Shown here: in pieces, positions 34,449 to 50,569 of the stretch
How positions within the stretch are numbered: the stretch's first letter is position 1
How the letters are laid out: each line of letters starts with the position of its first letter
Source of the DNA: the human T2T-CHM13v2.0 reference genome, Homo sapiens
Strand: one strand, 5' to 3'
Assembly (NCBI RefSeq): GCF_009914755.1
Contig: NC_060932.1
DNA length: 64,000 bases
Notes under the pieces: generated by a model
What the model was told of the DNA's origin: nothing
The model's input: only the letters and a program-made list of their open reading frames with translations
Databases searched by the model: none
Program-made: the position numbers and the translations under genes

Positions 34449-35570
34449 TGTGGGCGGCAAGCCACCCAGGTGCCAAGGCAAGAGACAGAGGGCACGAGCT
34501 GTTCCAGTATAATGAGGAAAATATATAGAATAAGAATAGTTATACTAGAAATAGATTATAGATATGATTACATATGAATATCATTCTTCATTAGTTTGTA
34601 GCACTACTCTTTATTCCAGTATTATAATAATCTTTGTTCTACAATTATAACCTAGGAAAAACCAGGCCATGCAGAGATAGGAGCTAAAGGGACAGGGTGA
34701 GCAGTGACCAGGAGTGTGAGCCTTCTGTTATGCCCGGACAGGGCCACTAGAGGGCTCCTTGGTCTAGCGGTAACGCCCGCGTCTGGGAAGATGCCTGTCA
34801 CCTAACGGACCGTGGTCTAGCGGTAGCGTCAGTGCCTAGAAAAGGCACTCTTTTTAAATATACTTTTTATTTTTGTTTAATCTTCCCTGATTTCCTATAG
34901 ATCTGAGATATGTCATGCTTATTTTCATTGCTATATAAAAATCTCAATAAACTTTATACCTAAGAGTAAAAAAAAAAAAAGAAAAGAAAAGGCGCTCGTT
35001 ACTTAGCCGACCGGGAAAGGGAGTCTCCCTTTCCCCGGGGGAGTTAGAGAAGACTCTGCTCCACCACCTCTTGTGGAGGGCCTGACATGAGTCAGGCCTG
35101 CCTGCAGTCATCTGGAGGCCTAACCGTCTCCCTGTGATGCTGTGCTTCAGCGGTCACGCTCCTAGTCCTGAACACCTGGCTCCGCCTTTTAGATAGCAGT
35201 AGCAGAATTAGTGAAAGTACTAAAAGTCTTTGAAATGCAGAAGTAATGGCGTAAGCTGTCACGTCTCTCTCTCCGCCTCAGCTGCCAAACAGAGAAGGGT
35301 CCCCTGTCCAGTGGACACGTGACTTGGGTGACCTTACCTGTCATTGGAGACGACTCATACTCCTTACCCTGCCCCTTGCCTTGTATCTAATAAATAACAG
35401 CTCAATCTGGCATTTGGGGCCACTACTGGTCTCCGCATCTTGGTGGTAGTGGTCCCCCGGGCCCAGCCGTCTTTTATTCTATCTCTTTGTCTTGTGTCTT
35501 TATTTCTACCATCTCTTGTCTCCGCACACGAGGAGAAAAACCCACAGACCCTGTAGGGCTGGCCCCTACA
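34449..35570 (+). mobile_element. LTR13 (ERVK-class) solo LTR inserted in an Alu
   Basis: TGTGGGCGGCAAGCCACCCAGG start, ...CCCCTACA end; 6-bp TSD GCTGGG (34443-34448, 35571-35576). Confidence 0.9.
34851..34984 (+). pseudogene. Short polyadenylated retrocopy or orphan transduction inside LTR13
   Basis: About 117 nt AT-rich sequence, AATAAA at 34946-34951, poly(A) from 34968, TSD AGAAAAGGC(A/G)CTC at 34838-34850 and 34985-34997. Confidence 0.8.
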
Positions 35571-36284
35571 GCTGGGAATTACAGGCATGAGCCACCGCAT
35601 CCAGCCAGCCTAAAATTCTTCTGAAGGATAATAATATAGTACTTGAAGACACGGTTTGAAAAAAATCATACTAAATGAAAGGGCACCATTTTACAAGCAC
35701 TAGAACTACATTAAACTTAAATGAATTCCAACACTCTTAATAATGTAACTCAAAAACAAGTCTAGTGTTAACAAAAGCTCCAATAACTAAAACTACATTA
35801 ACAGGCACAATGAACATTGTAAACGCCGCTAATTGGCACCAAGTTTAATAGGGCAGACAATATTTTCTTCTGCATTCACACTTACTCAGTTACGCTGTTG
35901 AAAAAATGCTGCTGCTCAAGCTATGAATGCTTTACAAAAGAAATCATTTTAATAAATACAGTAAATGCTAAAACTCTAGCTAAACTATTATGCAAGATAT
36001 ACAACCAAGACAAATACAAATTCATAATACAAGCAACTTGCATTCAAAATGAACTCTACCACTATATTTTATTAAAAGGGCAGACTTTATGAATTAACCC
36101 AGCTGCTTCCTGAATTACAAAAGTGGCATGACTCAATATGAAAATAAGAAACTGTCTACAAATTTCTGACAGTAATAAATTGTAATATACAATACATGCA
36201 GGAGTCTTACGGAAGAATAAACTCTCCTAGGAAACAAAAATATTTTATACTTTTAAAATCCAAAGTAAAAAAAAAAGAAATCAT

Positions 36285-36571
36285 TGCCAGATGCGGTGGC
36301 TCATGCCTGTAATCCAAGCACTTTGGGAGGCCAAGGCAGGATCGCTTGAGCCCAGGAGTTTGAGACCAGCCTGGGCAACATAGCAAAACCCCATCTCTAC
36401 AAAAAAAATACAAAAATTAGATGGGAATGGTGGTGAGCGCCTGTGGTTCCAGCTACCCAGGAGGCTGAGGTGGGAGGATGCACCTCAAGGCTGCAATGAG
36501 CCAAGGTCACACCATTGTACTGAAGCCTGGGGACAGAGTGAGACCCTGTCTCAATAAATAAATAAATAAAT
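36285..36571 (+). mobile_element. AluJ inside the NFYB retrocopy 3' UTR
   Basis: ggatcgcttgagcccagg, ctgggcaacatagc J-type. Confidence 0.9.
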
Positions 36572-37518
36572 ATCTTTTATGAAAAAGATTCTCTAGTCAG
36601 AATTAACACCTCAACTAGCCAAACATCAGGAAGTTACATTACAGCTACTTAATACACAAAGGGACACATTTTCACCAGTCGTTGTCTTCTGATATTTCTA
36701 TTCCAGAAACACACACTCTCACTTCCCTACACTCTCCATCCCATCATTTCTTCAGAGCATGGAAACAGAATTTGTTGAACACCAGAAATCTCTTGCTATG
36801 GTGGTACATAAGTCATAACATTTGTTGCTGCCCAGCAGCAGGTATGAAGCCGGCTGGTGACTGGCTAGGAAATGCCTATTCTGTAAGCTCCTCACTTAGC
36901 CCATCTGTAGCTCTGACTTCTCCACCAATTCCCTTCTCTCCTTTCACAGCCTTTCTGAGTTTCTGAGGGATAATTTCAGAGGTTCCATATAACTGTCAAA
37001 GCCTATGGTAGACATGGCAAAGTGAAAATCCTCTGCACTGGCCATTTCTGTTTCTCTTGGGGGCATCTTTCACTTGCCTCAGGTGTTATAAAGCTGACGA
37101 ACACACGTACACGTTGTTTAACACTTTCTTGGGCATTTCCCATTTGAGATATGGCATGTTTCATTATCCTAGTGACATGTGCAATCAGAAAATGTATATT
37201 TTGTTCTCTGCAACTTTCTTTTGAAAAATGTATATTTGAACAAAATATACATTTTTTGTATCTTCATGACCATTCATGCTGTCCTCACTGTCATCATGAG
37301 GCTCTATATAACATAATGACTCCTCCAGTGCAGTCTTCGGAAATTCCCAGTGCAGAAGCACGTGTCATACAGCAGTCCCCATTCATCTCCAGTGCAGCTC
37401 TGGCTGGCTCCCATGTCTGATCAGCTGTTTGGTTGGACAGAAAATGACTGCAAGGGAATCAGTTCCAGTGTGAGCTCTGTTTGCAGAACTCAGACTCCCC
37501 TCCCTCCCATGTTAATGC

Positions 37519-37838
<320 letters not shown>

Positions 37839-38173
37839 CCCATGTTAATGCTTCTAAAGTTTGCCCTCACTTCTTTAGAAATTCCTTCAGTACATCCTTT
37901 AAGACTTCCTCTAGTGAGTGTCTGCTGGTGGTAAACTCTCCCCTCTAAAAGTTGCTTTATTTCTCCTCAATTCCTGAAGGATATTTTTGCTAGCAGCTAT
38001 ATTCTTTTAGATGTTGAACATATCAGTACAAAAGCTTCTGGTTTCCATGGTTGCTATTGAGATGTTAGCTGTCGGTTTATCTTTCTCCCCTGACTATGTG
38101 TACCTGTTTCTCTGTATCTGTCTACTTTTTGGGTTGCTCAATTTATTGGCCTTGGGCTTCATTCTGCTGCTGC

Positions 38174-38474
38174 TTTTTTTTTTTTTTTTTTTTGAGATGG
38201 AGTCTTCCTCTGTTGCCCAGGCTGGAGTGCAGTGGTGCAATCTTGGCTCAATGCAACCTCTGCCTCTCGGTTCAAGCGATTCTCCTGCCTCAGCCTACCG
38301 AGTAGCTGGGATTACAGGCACCTGCCAACACGCCAGGCTAATTTTTGTATTTTTAGTAGAAATAGGATTTCACTATGTTGGCCAGGCTGGTCTCAAACTC
38401 TTGACTTCAGGTGATCCACCCACCTCAGTCTCCCAAAGTGCTAAGATTACAGGCCTGAGCCACCACGCCTGGCC
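38174..38474 (-). mobile_element. Alu
   Basis: Reversed Alu; one arm duplicated downstream. Confidence 0.95.
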
Positions 38475-38680
38475 ACAATTTTTAAACTTTTTATTTTTAC
38501 AGGCACCTGCCAACATGCACAACTAATTTTTGTATTTTTAGTAGAAACAGGATTTCACTGTGTTGGCCAGGCTGGTCTCAAACTCTTGACCTCAGGTCAT
38601 CCACCACCTTGGTCTCCCAAAGTGCTAGGATTACAGGCGGGAGCCACCATGCCTGGCCAAAATTGTTAAACTTTTTATTT
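38312..38680. repeat. About 185-bp tandem duplication of an Alu arm plus flank
   Basis: Units 38312-38496 and 38497-38680 share private Alu variants and the flank aa(t/a)ttNttaaactttttattt. Confidence 0.85.
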
Positions 38681-39029
38681 TCTTCCTCAAGAGGATGAGA
38701 AGAAAGGTCAATTGTAAGCTTTAGAAGTCTTGCCCAATAGCCAATCTGAGAATATTCTCCGTAAACATTCACCAGAGGCAGCCAGTGACCATGGGATACT
38801 TTTGGTGAGAGGAATTGATTGCTGGGGTCAGGAATGGGAGGAAAGCATACTTCTCATTAGATACCTTGTTGAACTTCGTAAATTGTGTGCCAAATGCATG
38901 TCTTACCTAGACTTCATAAATTAATTTCTTTAAAAATAATCAAAGATAATTTTTTAAAGACTTATTTAATTTAAGGTGATTATAAAACATCCAGTATACT
39001 TTCACTATTAAAAAAGTAAGTATTCCTGT

Positions 39030-39325
<296 letters not shown>

Positions 39326-39899
39326 CTAAACAGCATATTATCATGATATATTATTTTGTTTTGTAGGGTTTTGAACCTTGTCTAAAAAGAATTAAAATGT
39401 ATGAATTTCTTCCTGCAATTTCCCTATTTCACTAAGGGTCATTCACATTGGTCATATAGACATAGCACATTTTCACCACTATATAGCAGCATTTTGTACA
39501 AATAGACTACAATTTACTTATTCTGCACTTATTTCTGTTTGTTTGTTTTGAGTTTGTTTGTTTTGCTATGAAAAGCAATGTCATTACATATATTCATGCC
39601 CATAGCTACAAGTTTACATATTTCAGGTTTTCTGTAGGGTGGACACCAGGGAGTTGAATTGTTCAACAGGACTTTACATTCATCTTTAGTTTTATTGGCC
39701 AACACCAAATTGTTCTTCACAATGTTTGAACTAAGTTGAAATTCCACCTCCCCATCACATTTAGTTTTGTCAACTTCATTTCTTCATTCATTAATTCATT
39801 CATTCAGTCTTTTGTTTATTTGTTTATTGCCAGTCTGATAGGCGTATAGTGGTGCTTCATCATGGTTTTACTTTGCATTTCTCTGATTTTCTTTTTAAA

Positions 39900-40039
39900 T
39901 TTTTAAAAAATTATTTTTATGTAGAAACAAGGTCTCGCTACATGGCCCAGGCTGGTCTTGAACTCCTGGCTTCAAATGATCCTCCCACATTGGCCTTTCA
40001 AAGTACCGAGATTGATTATAGGCGTGTGCCACTGTGGCC
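39900..40039 (-). mobile_element. Alu left monomer / FLAM
   Basis: Single reversed arm. Confidence 0.75.
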
Positions 40040-40156
40040 AGCTGATTTCCCTGATTTCTGATGAGTTAACAATCTCTTCTTTCTCTCTCTCTCTCTCTGT
40101 GTATACAGGTACTCACCATTCGTGCCTATTTTCTGTAAAATATGTGGCTTTCCTCA

Positions 40157-40451
<295 letters not shown>

Positions 40452-40657
40452 ATCTTTCCTCATTTTTATACTAATTAGGCTTTTATCTTACTTGTTTTTT
40501 TTAATGTTTTTTGTACACTCTGAAGGCTGATTTTTGTTAATTGTATGTGTTGCATTTTTTATGGTTTGTCTTATGCCTTTTGAAAGTAAAAGTTCTTAAT
40601 TTAAATATAGCCAACCTGTAAATCATTTGTGAAAGTCTGTGGTTTAAGAGGTCTTGA

Positions 40658-41049
<392 letters not shown>

Positions 41050-41414
41050 TAATTCACGTATAATTACTACTTGCTACTTATAATTATCTGTAAGTAGTAT
41101 GAGATGAGAAATAAATTCTATTTCCCTCCTATGGATAAGCACAAACCTGCAGTATTAGCACAGTCTTATGTCAGATTTTCTAAAATGAATGGGTGTGTTT
41201 TCTAGGCTCTCTGTTCTGTTTCATTATCTGTCTTTTCCTGCAACGATATCATCTGCCTTAAAAACTCTAGCCTTGTGGTATTCCTCATTTTCAAGCAGAG
41301 CAAACCCCGTCACCTTGCTTTTCTCCTCCAGCATCGCTTGTGCTATCCTGGACTAAGACCTTCATATAGACTGTTAGAATCATCTAGCCAAGTTCCATTT
41401 TAAAAATCTATGTT

Positions 41415-41755
<341 letters not shown>

Positions 41756-42027
41756 TTAATTTGGAGAAAAATGACTTGATTTTGATTATCTATTCAATAT
41801 TTCTGTATTATGAATAAGGCAAAAAGAGAGGCAGAGAATAGCATAAAATAATAACTAAAATTCCTGGGTAAACCACCTCAAATCATTTCTTCATATGGCT
41901 CAATATTCTTTTGTGACATGGCCTGAAATATATCCAGACAGAGAACTCTTCTCTTCAATACATTTCTTCTTTTAGGTATTCATATTGAGTTTTCCTGTCC
42001 ATGAACATGGTATAAGAGAGTATATCC

Positions 42028-42290
42028 CTTCGGGAGGCCAAGGTGGGTGGATCACCTGAGGTCAGGAGTTTGAGACGAGCCTGGCCAACATGGTAAAGTC
42101 TCATCTCTACTAAAAACCAAAGAATTATCCAGGTGTGGTGACACATGCCTGTAGTCCCAGCTACTCAGGATGCTGAAGCAGGAGAATTGCTTGAACCAAG
42201 GAGGCGGAGGTTGCAATGAGCCAAGGTCATGCCATTGCACTCCAGCCTGGGTGAAGAGCGAGACTCCATCTCAAAAAAAAAAAAAAAAAA
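42028..42290 (+). mobile_element. 5'-truncated Alu
   Basis: TSD aagaga(g/a)tatatcc. Confidence 0.93.
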
Positions 42291-43261
42291 TGAAAACAAG
42301 AGAATATATCCTTTCATTTACTAGTTTTTCTTCAATTTCTTTCAAGATAAAGGGCTTACCTATCTTCTGCTTTATTCATAGTTACTTGATATTTTTGTTT
42401 CTAATAAATATGGTGTCTGTCTATTTACCTGCCTCTTACCTGTTCATTGCCAGTTTCAAAAATGATGTTGATATTTGAATATTAACCTTAAATCTAGCAC
42501 CTTGGTAAACACTATTATTCATTCTAATAATTATCAGTAGATTATATGTGTTTTCTATTTATAAATCATATTGTTTGAGTAGCATGCTTTGCTTCTTCAT
42601 TTATAAAATTTACAACTTTTATTTCTTTTTAATAATTTTTTTCTTATTCTCCTGGCTAGGACTTCTAACACAGTATTGAGTGGAAGTGCTGATCCTTGTT
42701 TAGTTTCACATTTGAAAAAAGATTGCTTTTACTATTTCACTGTTAAGTATAATATGCACCATAGGCTTTCTGTGGATTCCTTTTATCCATTTAAGAACAT
42801 CTCTTATTCCTAATTAGCTGAAGTTTTCTGCATGTTTGTTTTCATCATGAGTGGATTTTTTTACATCTATTGAAATCATTTTACATAGAAGATATTTCAC
42901 ACCTATTGAAATGGTCATTTCACTTTTCCTTCTTTAATATGTTAAGTTGGGCAAAATATTAAAGTATCACCTGTCATTCTGCTTCAGCAAAAAGTAGTAG
43001 TGTCTTAGCAGTATTGGTGAAAAGACAGCATCAAATAAAAAAGATGTAGAAGTAGGACCCAGTAAAAATCTAGCGCATGGGGCATTGTCACATGTAAGCA
43101 GACAGAATGTGACACCACCAAGGAGCATCTGAAGGGCTGGAGGCTGAAGGAAGACATGAGTCACCCAGGCTCATGGACACTTCAGAGAAATTAGGGAGCA
43201 GGAAGAAGAAATAGGATCAAAGACTACGTATGTTGGTTGGAAAAGGAAGCTGATGGTATGG

Positions 43262-43427
43262 AGATGTTATTATTTAGGTCTCACATAAAAGATGTAGATA
43301 AATAGGTAGATAGGTAGATAGATGATAGATAGAGAGATAGATAGATAAATACATAGATAGATAGATGATAAATAGATGTTGTTATTTAGGCCTCACATAA
43401 AGATGTAGACAGATTAGACAGACAGAT

Positions 43428-43470
<43 letters not shown>

Positions 43471-43490
43471 GATAGATAGATAGATAGATA
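43262..43490. repeat. Compound (GATA)n STR built on a 112-bp-period duplication
   Basis: agatgtt(a/g)ttatttagg(t/c)ctcacataaa(a)gatgtaga at 43262 and 43374, each followed by GATA repeats. Confidence 0.9.
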
Positions 43491-44238
43491 ATCTCAGAAA
43501 CAGAGACACAGTGATCTCAGTAAGATAGGCATATGCCAGGTGACAGAATTCAGAGGGGTCCCACTACGTGAAAACAATAGAACAACCTTCAAAAGTTGAT
43601 GAAAAGAAATTTAGTACAAATAAGAGGGCAGGCTTCCTTACATACAAGTTAGTAAACTGGAAGAATCAGTTATCCTCAAACATTGGAATAGATCAAAAAT
43701 AGTTGTTTATATTAATGAAGGTAGCTAAACATGAAGCTAAGTGAACCTGTCTCTGACCTAGTGTGGCAATCCCTGGGCAAGGGACACTTGCTCCGCTCTT
43801 GTATCCTTCACTGAATATTCAGACTTTCAGTTAAGCATCGGTGAATTTAGTTTTCATCTCTTGTGAAAACCTTGAGAGAGGTAATTCTCTCTGCTTTTCT
43901 TCTTTTCCCTTCCTTCATTTTCTCAAACATTGCCTGTTTAAAATACGAAATTTTAAAAGATGGCCTTGTTCTCTTTTTTGTTGTTATTATTAAGTACAGA
44001 GAAAGGAAGAACCACAAATAGCAAAGGGCAACATATGGAATAGTTTAGAAGTTCCGGGAGCACCCATGAGGGCAACTGCAGAAGAGAACATTCTATCCCC
44101 CGTTGCTGCAGCTTTCATTCCAGGTCTCCATGCATATCAGATAGGGAAGGAACTCCGGGACAGCAGCAGGGCCCATGCACATGTAACCAATTGCTTTCTT
44201 TGCCTGTAGTAAAGTTCACATTTTGATTGCTTCTCCAG

Positions 44239-44290
44239 ATTATGTAGATCCAGACATATTTTATGCAGGCATCTGGATCTTTCTCTCTGG
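44239..44290 (+). CDS. IDO2: IDO2 coding exon 9 (DYVDPDIFYAGIWIFLSG; Trp at 248)
   Basis: cag|AT ... GG|gtaagt; 52 nt; codon 248 = TGG at 44274-44276. Confidence 0.97.
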
Positions 44291-44703
44291 GTAAGTATAG
44301 TTCAGTTGTTTTCCTGTGTGAAGTCTCTGTAGCATTGACTGAATGTATAAGGGGACGAAGAGACAGAAGCTTCCTAGCGTAAGAAACATACCAAGTGACT
44401 CTTGCTAGGGATCCACTCTCAGGTAAAAGAAGTGGGATACCATCTGCACAACAAATAACACTGAGGGCTAAGTATTTCAGTTAAGAGTGTTTGTTCCTAG
44501 GCAGTTCAGATCCATTTATATTCACTTTTCTTAGAATCCTAGCTCAATGACAGAAGAAGAAAAACACAGTATGTCACTCACACAGTTCTATCACTTACAT
44601 CTACTTTTTCTTCTTGTTATTAAGGCATGTAGAAGACTGGGGAGTGTAGTATAGAGTTGGATAGCATCGAAGCTTTCTTCTAAAGTTCCTGGAAGAGCTA
44701 CAC

Positions 44704-45470
44704 TGTGGTTTGAACGAATATGTCCCTCCAAAATTCATATGTTAAAACCTAATTGTGATGGTGAGGTATTCGAAGGTGGGTTCTCTGGGAGGTGATTATG
44801 TCTCCTCTGAGAGGAGAAGACAATCCCCTGAGTGGAACTAATGCCCTTATAAAGGGGCTGGAGGGAGTTCACTTGGCCCTTTTTGCTCCTTTTTTCTTCC
44901 ATTCCTTGTCCCTTCCACTATGTGAGGACACGGGAGTTGAGGCATTACCTTGGACGTGGAGACCAGGCCCTCACCAGACACTGAACTTGCCAGCACCTTG
45001 ATCTTGGACTTCCCAGCCTCCAGAACTGTGAGAAATACATTTCTGTTATGGGTAGTCCCCAACTCAATACAGTTTGACTTACCGTTTTTTGACTTTATGT
45101 TGGTGCAAAAGCATACATATTCAGTAGAAACTACTTTGAGTACCCATACAACCATTCTGTTTTTCACATTTTGTACAGTATTTAATAAATTCCATAACAT
45201 ATTCAACATGTTGACATAAATAAGCTTTGCGTTAGGTGATTTTGCCCAACTGTGGGCTAATGTAAGTGTTCTGAGCACATTTAAGGGCAGCTAGGCTAAG
45301 CTAAGGTGTTTGGTAGGTCAGATGTATTAAATGCATTTTTTGTCTTATGATATTTTCAACTTACATTGGGTTTATCAGGATGTAACCCACTGTGAATTAA
45401 GGAATATCTGTATTTACAAATTACCCAGTCTAATGTATTTTGTTGTAGCAACAGGAACAAACTAAAACAC
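44704..45470 (+). mobile_element. MLT1A-like MaLR LTR split by MER47A
   Basis: tgtggtttgaa...tgtccctccaaaattcatatgtt...atcttggacttcccagcctccagaactgtgagaaatacatttctgtt | tttacaaattacccagtct. Confidence 0.8.
45049..45410 (-). mobile_element. MER47A (Tigger-family MITE)
   Basis: About 362 bp, TA on both flanks, matches recalled MER47A. Confidence 0.8.
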
Positions 45471-45554
45471 TACCCCAAACCATTTTTTTCATATTTTCTG
45501 AGTACTCTTCTTTTGTCACATGGCTTGAAATTTCTTCACATAGAGAACTCTACT

Positions 45555-45913
<359 letters not shown>

Positions 45914-46611
45914 TAAACAAATTAGCCATTCCTTCCTTGACATGTTTTAATCAGATTGCCTTCCTATTAACTTCGGAAATTAAGAGTTTCTGCTATGTTT
46001 TTGTTTAATTTTTAAACAGTGAAAAATGAAAGGTGGAGGCAATGGCTGGATGAGGTGAATATGTCAAATAGATATCATCTAGTGGGCCATCTTATTAACT
46101 AGGAGACACCTGAAGTGCTATCAATAGAAATAATCTGAAGCTGTGTCTGGATACAGCAAGAGACATGCAAATGCTAAAAATCTACTATATTACATTGGTG
46201 CAAGGACAGAGTAGCAACACATACTAAGTATTTTCTCCAGATTGGGTGTGTTTGACGTGTGAAGCACTTCAAACAGAGTCCAGCCTGGGAGGGAGTGGGG
46301 ATGGAATCCTCCTTGTAGAGGGTACAGAGTGGAAGCAAGAAGGTTTCCAAGATTGAGAGTAATGGGTGTATGGTTTATGGGGGAAAGGGAAAACAAAAAG
46401 AAGGGTGCAGAAATGGAGCTGGGAGTGTGTTTTAGTATTTAGGCTTTCTCTGTATACCTTTGATAGGATTAGAAAAAGAAAAATGGACCATTTTTAAAAA
46501 TTTCATGCTACCACATAGCAGGCTTATACTATAGATGCAGAAACAGACTGGGATTTAGGAAGCACCCCAATTCTGGAAAATCCCTTTTTGCTTCACATTG
46601 CTCTCTAAATC

Positions 46612-47560
<949 letters not shown>

Positions 47561-47859
47561 CAGTATCCTTCAAGGGATAAATTGATTCTACTTCTTCTCT
47601 ATGTCAGAAGCATCTGATGAGGATGAACTATATATTCTGAAATCCCCATGATTAGATGTGTACTAGAAGGTGATTTTACTTTCATTAAAATAAATTCGGA
47701 GTCATTGACACATTTTATCTTTGATTTACATAAATGCCTCCGCTCTGTTTCTTACCCTCAAAATATTTCCCATGTAGCTAAGTGGCCAGTACCGAATCCT
47801 ACATGCATTAATAAGTGTAGATGGACAAAAATATCTGGATTACTGAGAATTCCCATTAG

Positions 47860-48270
<411 letters not shown>

Positions 48271-48839
48271 TAGGAGAATGGAGATATTTCATATGTAGAT
48301 GACACATATTCATTCCCTTTAGTTCCCACTCACATTCAATTTCTTGAGGAAGTTAGCCTTTGCAAAAAAAAAAAAATGATCTCATTTTTTTTTCCCCACT
48401 AAAACTTCTCATTTTCTTGGGGTTGCTAGAAAGTTGCTACAAGAAAGGCTAAAAATAATTGTGCCTACAGATATTTGAAAGGAAAATAGTTCCTCTTTTT
48501 TCACAGTAGCAGCTTGGACCTGAGAATGTATGGGAGCAATAATTGGGCTGCTCAAAGAAACACAATTTCCCTTCCTCAGACTAGAATTACCAACCTAGAG
48601 AACATGAGTTTTTAAAGTAGATGTGCTTCTTTTATCTTTTTGGACTTGTATGCTGGTGTTTTCTCTGTCACCTTCACTGTGGAAATCCTCTTCAGGGTGA
48701 GGCACTGAAAGCAGATTGATTAATGTCTCTTGGCCATTTGAGACATTGGATGGCTCTTTTAAGTTGGCCACGTTCTTTCAAGAACTATGCTTGGGCTACA
48801 TATTCTGGATATATAATACATACTTGTAGGATGTTATTT

Positions 48840-49800
48840 TTAAATCATTCATTTATCACATATTTAGTGAGTGCCTACCCCATGTCAGTTCTAGGTACTG
48901 GAAATAGAGCAGTAAAACCAACCCTCAACTTGGCCCCTCTGGAGCTTACATTTCAATGCGGTGGGTGGGGGGTATGGACAATTAATACACAAGTAAATCT
49001 AATAAAAGCGTCATACAATATACATTACAATGGTAAGCACAATGAAGAAATGGAAAGCTGGATAGAGAGTATTAGAGACTGTCGAATGTAGTGGCCAAAT
49101 TTTCCTGTTTATTGTGGTCCAAGAGTGCCACAGCCCTCTATGACATTTGAGCAGACACCTGGAGGAAGTGAGGGAGTGAGCCGCCAAGAAGGAATGGCAA
49201 GTGCAATAACCCTGAGGTGGGAGCGTGTTGGTCGTGGTGGAAGAGCTGCAGGAAGCCAGCAGGGCCGCAACACTCAGGGGAGAATAAGAAAGAGTGAGGT
49301 GACAGTAGAGACCGGATCATGTAGAGCTTTGTCAGCTTCTTTTCTGAGTGAGATGGACAACACGGACACGTTTTGAAAAGAATAACAATGTGATCTGCCT
49401 TCAGTTGCAAATCATCTCTGTATTGACTGAGTAGGAAATAAACTCCAAGAATAAAGACGGAAACAGGGAAAATATTTAAGAAGCTATCATTACAATCCAG
49501 GGTGGTGGCTTGTACTAGGGTACAAGGGCTAAAGGTGTTGAGAAATGGTCAGATTCTGGATATATACTGAAATCAAAGTTGATGGAAAGATATGAGTCAA
49601 AGATAATTTGCAGGTTTTGGGGTCCTGGTTCACTGAAAGAACAGAGACATCATTTACTCCAATGAGGAAGACTATAGGAGGAACAGGTTTAGCAAAGAAG
49701 AAAGGAAATCAGGAGATCAGTTTGGGGACACGGTCATATCAAGTAGGCAGTTGGATGTATGGGTCTGGAATATAGGGGAGTGGTCTAGCTATCAGTGTAA
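48840..49800 (-). mobile_element. L2 element
   Basis: tcattcatttatcacatatttagtgagtgcctac...gttctaggtactggaaatagagcagt, the L2 3' end in reverse. Confidence 0.7.
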
Positions 49801-49837
49801 ATAGCTTTTTACATTTGTAAATAGTCAGGATATAGGC

Positions 49838-50135
49838 TTTTCTTTTTCTTTTTGTGAGACACAGTCTTGCTCTTTCGCCCAAACTGGAGTGCAATGGCAC
49901 AATCTCAGCTCACTGCAACCTCTGCCTCTGGGTTCAAGCGATACTCCTGCCTCAGCCTCCCGAGTAGCTGGGACTACAGGTGTGCACCACCACACCAGGC
50001 TAATTTTTGTGTTTTTAATGGAAATGGGGTTTCACCATGTTGACCAGGCTGGTGTCAAACTCCTGACCTCAATCGATCTCCCCGCCTGGGCCTCCCAAAG
50101 TGCTGGGATTACAGGCATGAGCCACCCCATCCAGC
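49838..50135 (-). mobile_element. Alu
   Basis: TSD ggatatag. Confidence 0.95.
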
Positions 50136-50569
50136 TGGGATATAGTTGTTTTCTAAATCTATGAGGCTAGATAAGACCATTTGGGAATTGAGAGCAGTGA
50201 GCAGTCCACGGACTGACCCTTTGAGAGTGCAACATTTAGCAGTACTCAAGATGGGAAGGAGCTAGTGAAAAAGCCCCAAATGACTACATAAGACCATCAA
50301 CCAGATTACAAAGAAAGACCCGAACATGTGTGCCCATATATCACCCAACAGCAGTTATGTCTTTCATGTTTCTTCCCCATAAAATGTTGTTCATCAACTT
50401 TATTAGACTAGGGTGTTAACATTGGACAAATCACAAAACCTCTCTGGAGCCTATTTTATTTTTCAACAGCTGTAGGAAGCAAATACAAATTGGAAATCTA
50501 AGGCTCAGAAAGATTTGTACAAAGTTACACAGTAATGAAAGGGGAGCCGGGATTCCCACTCACTCTAAA

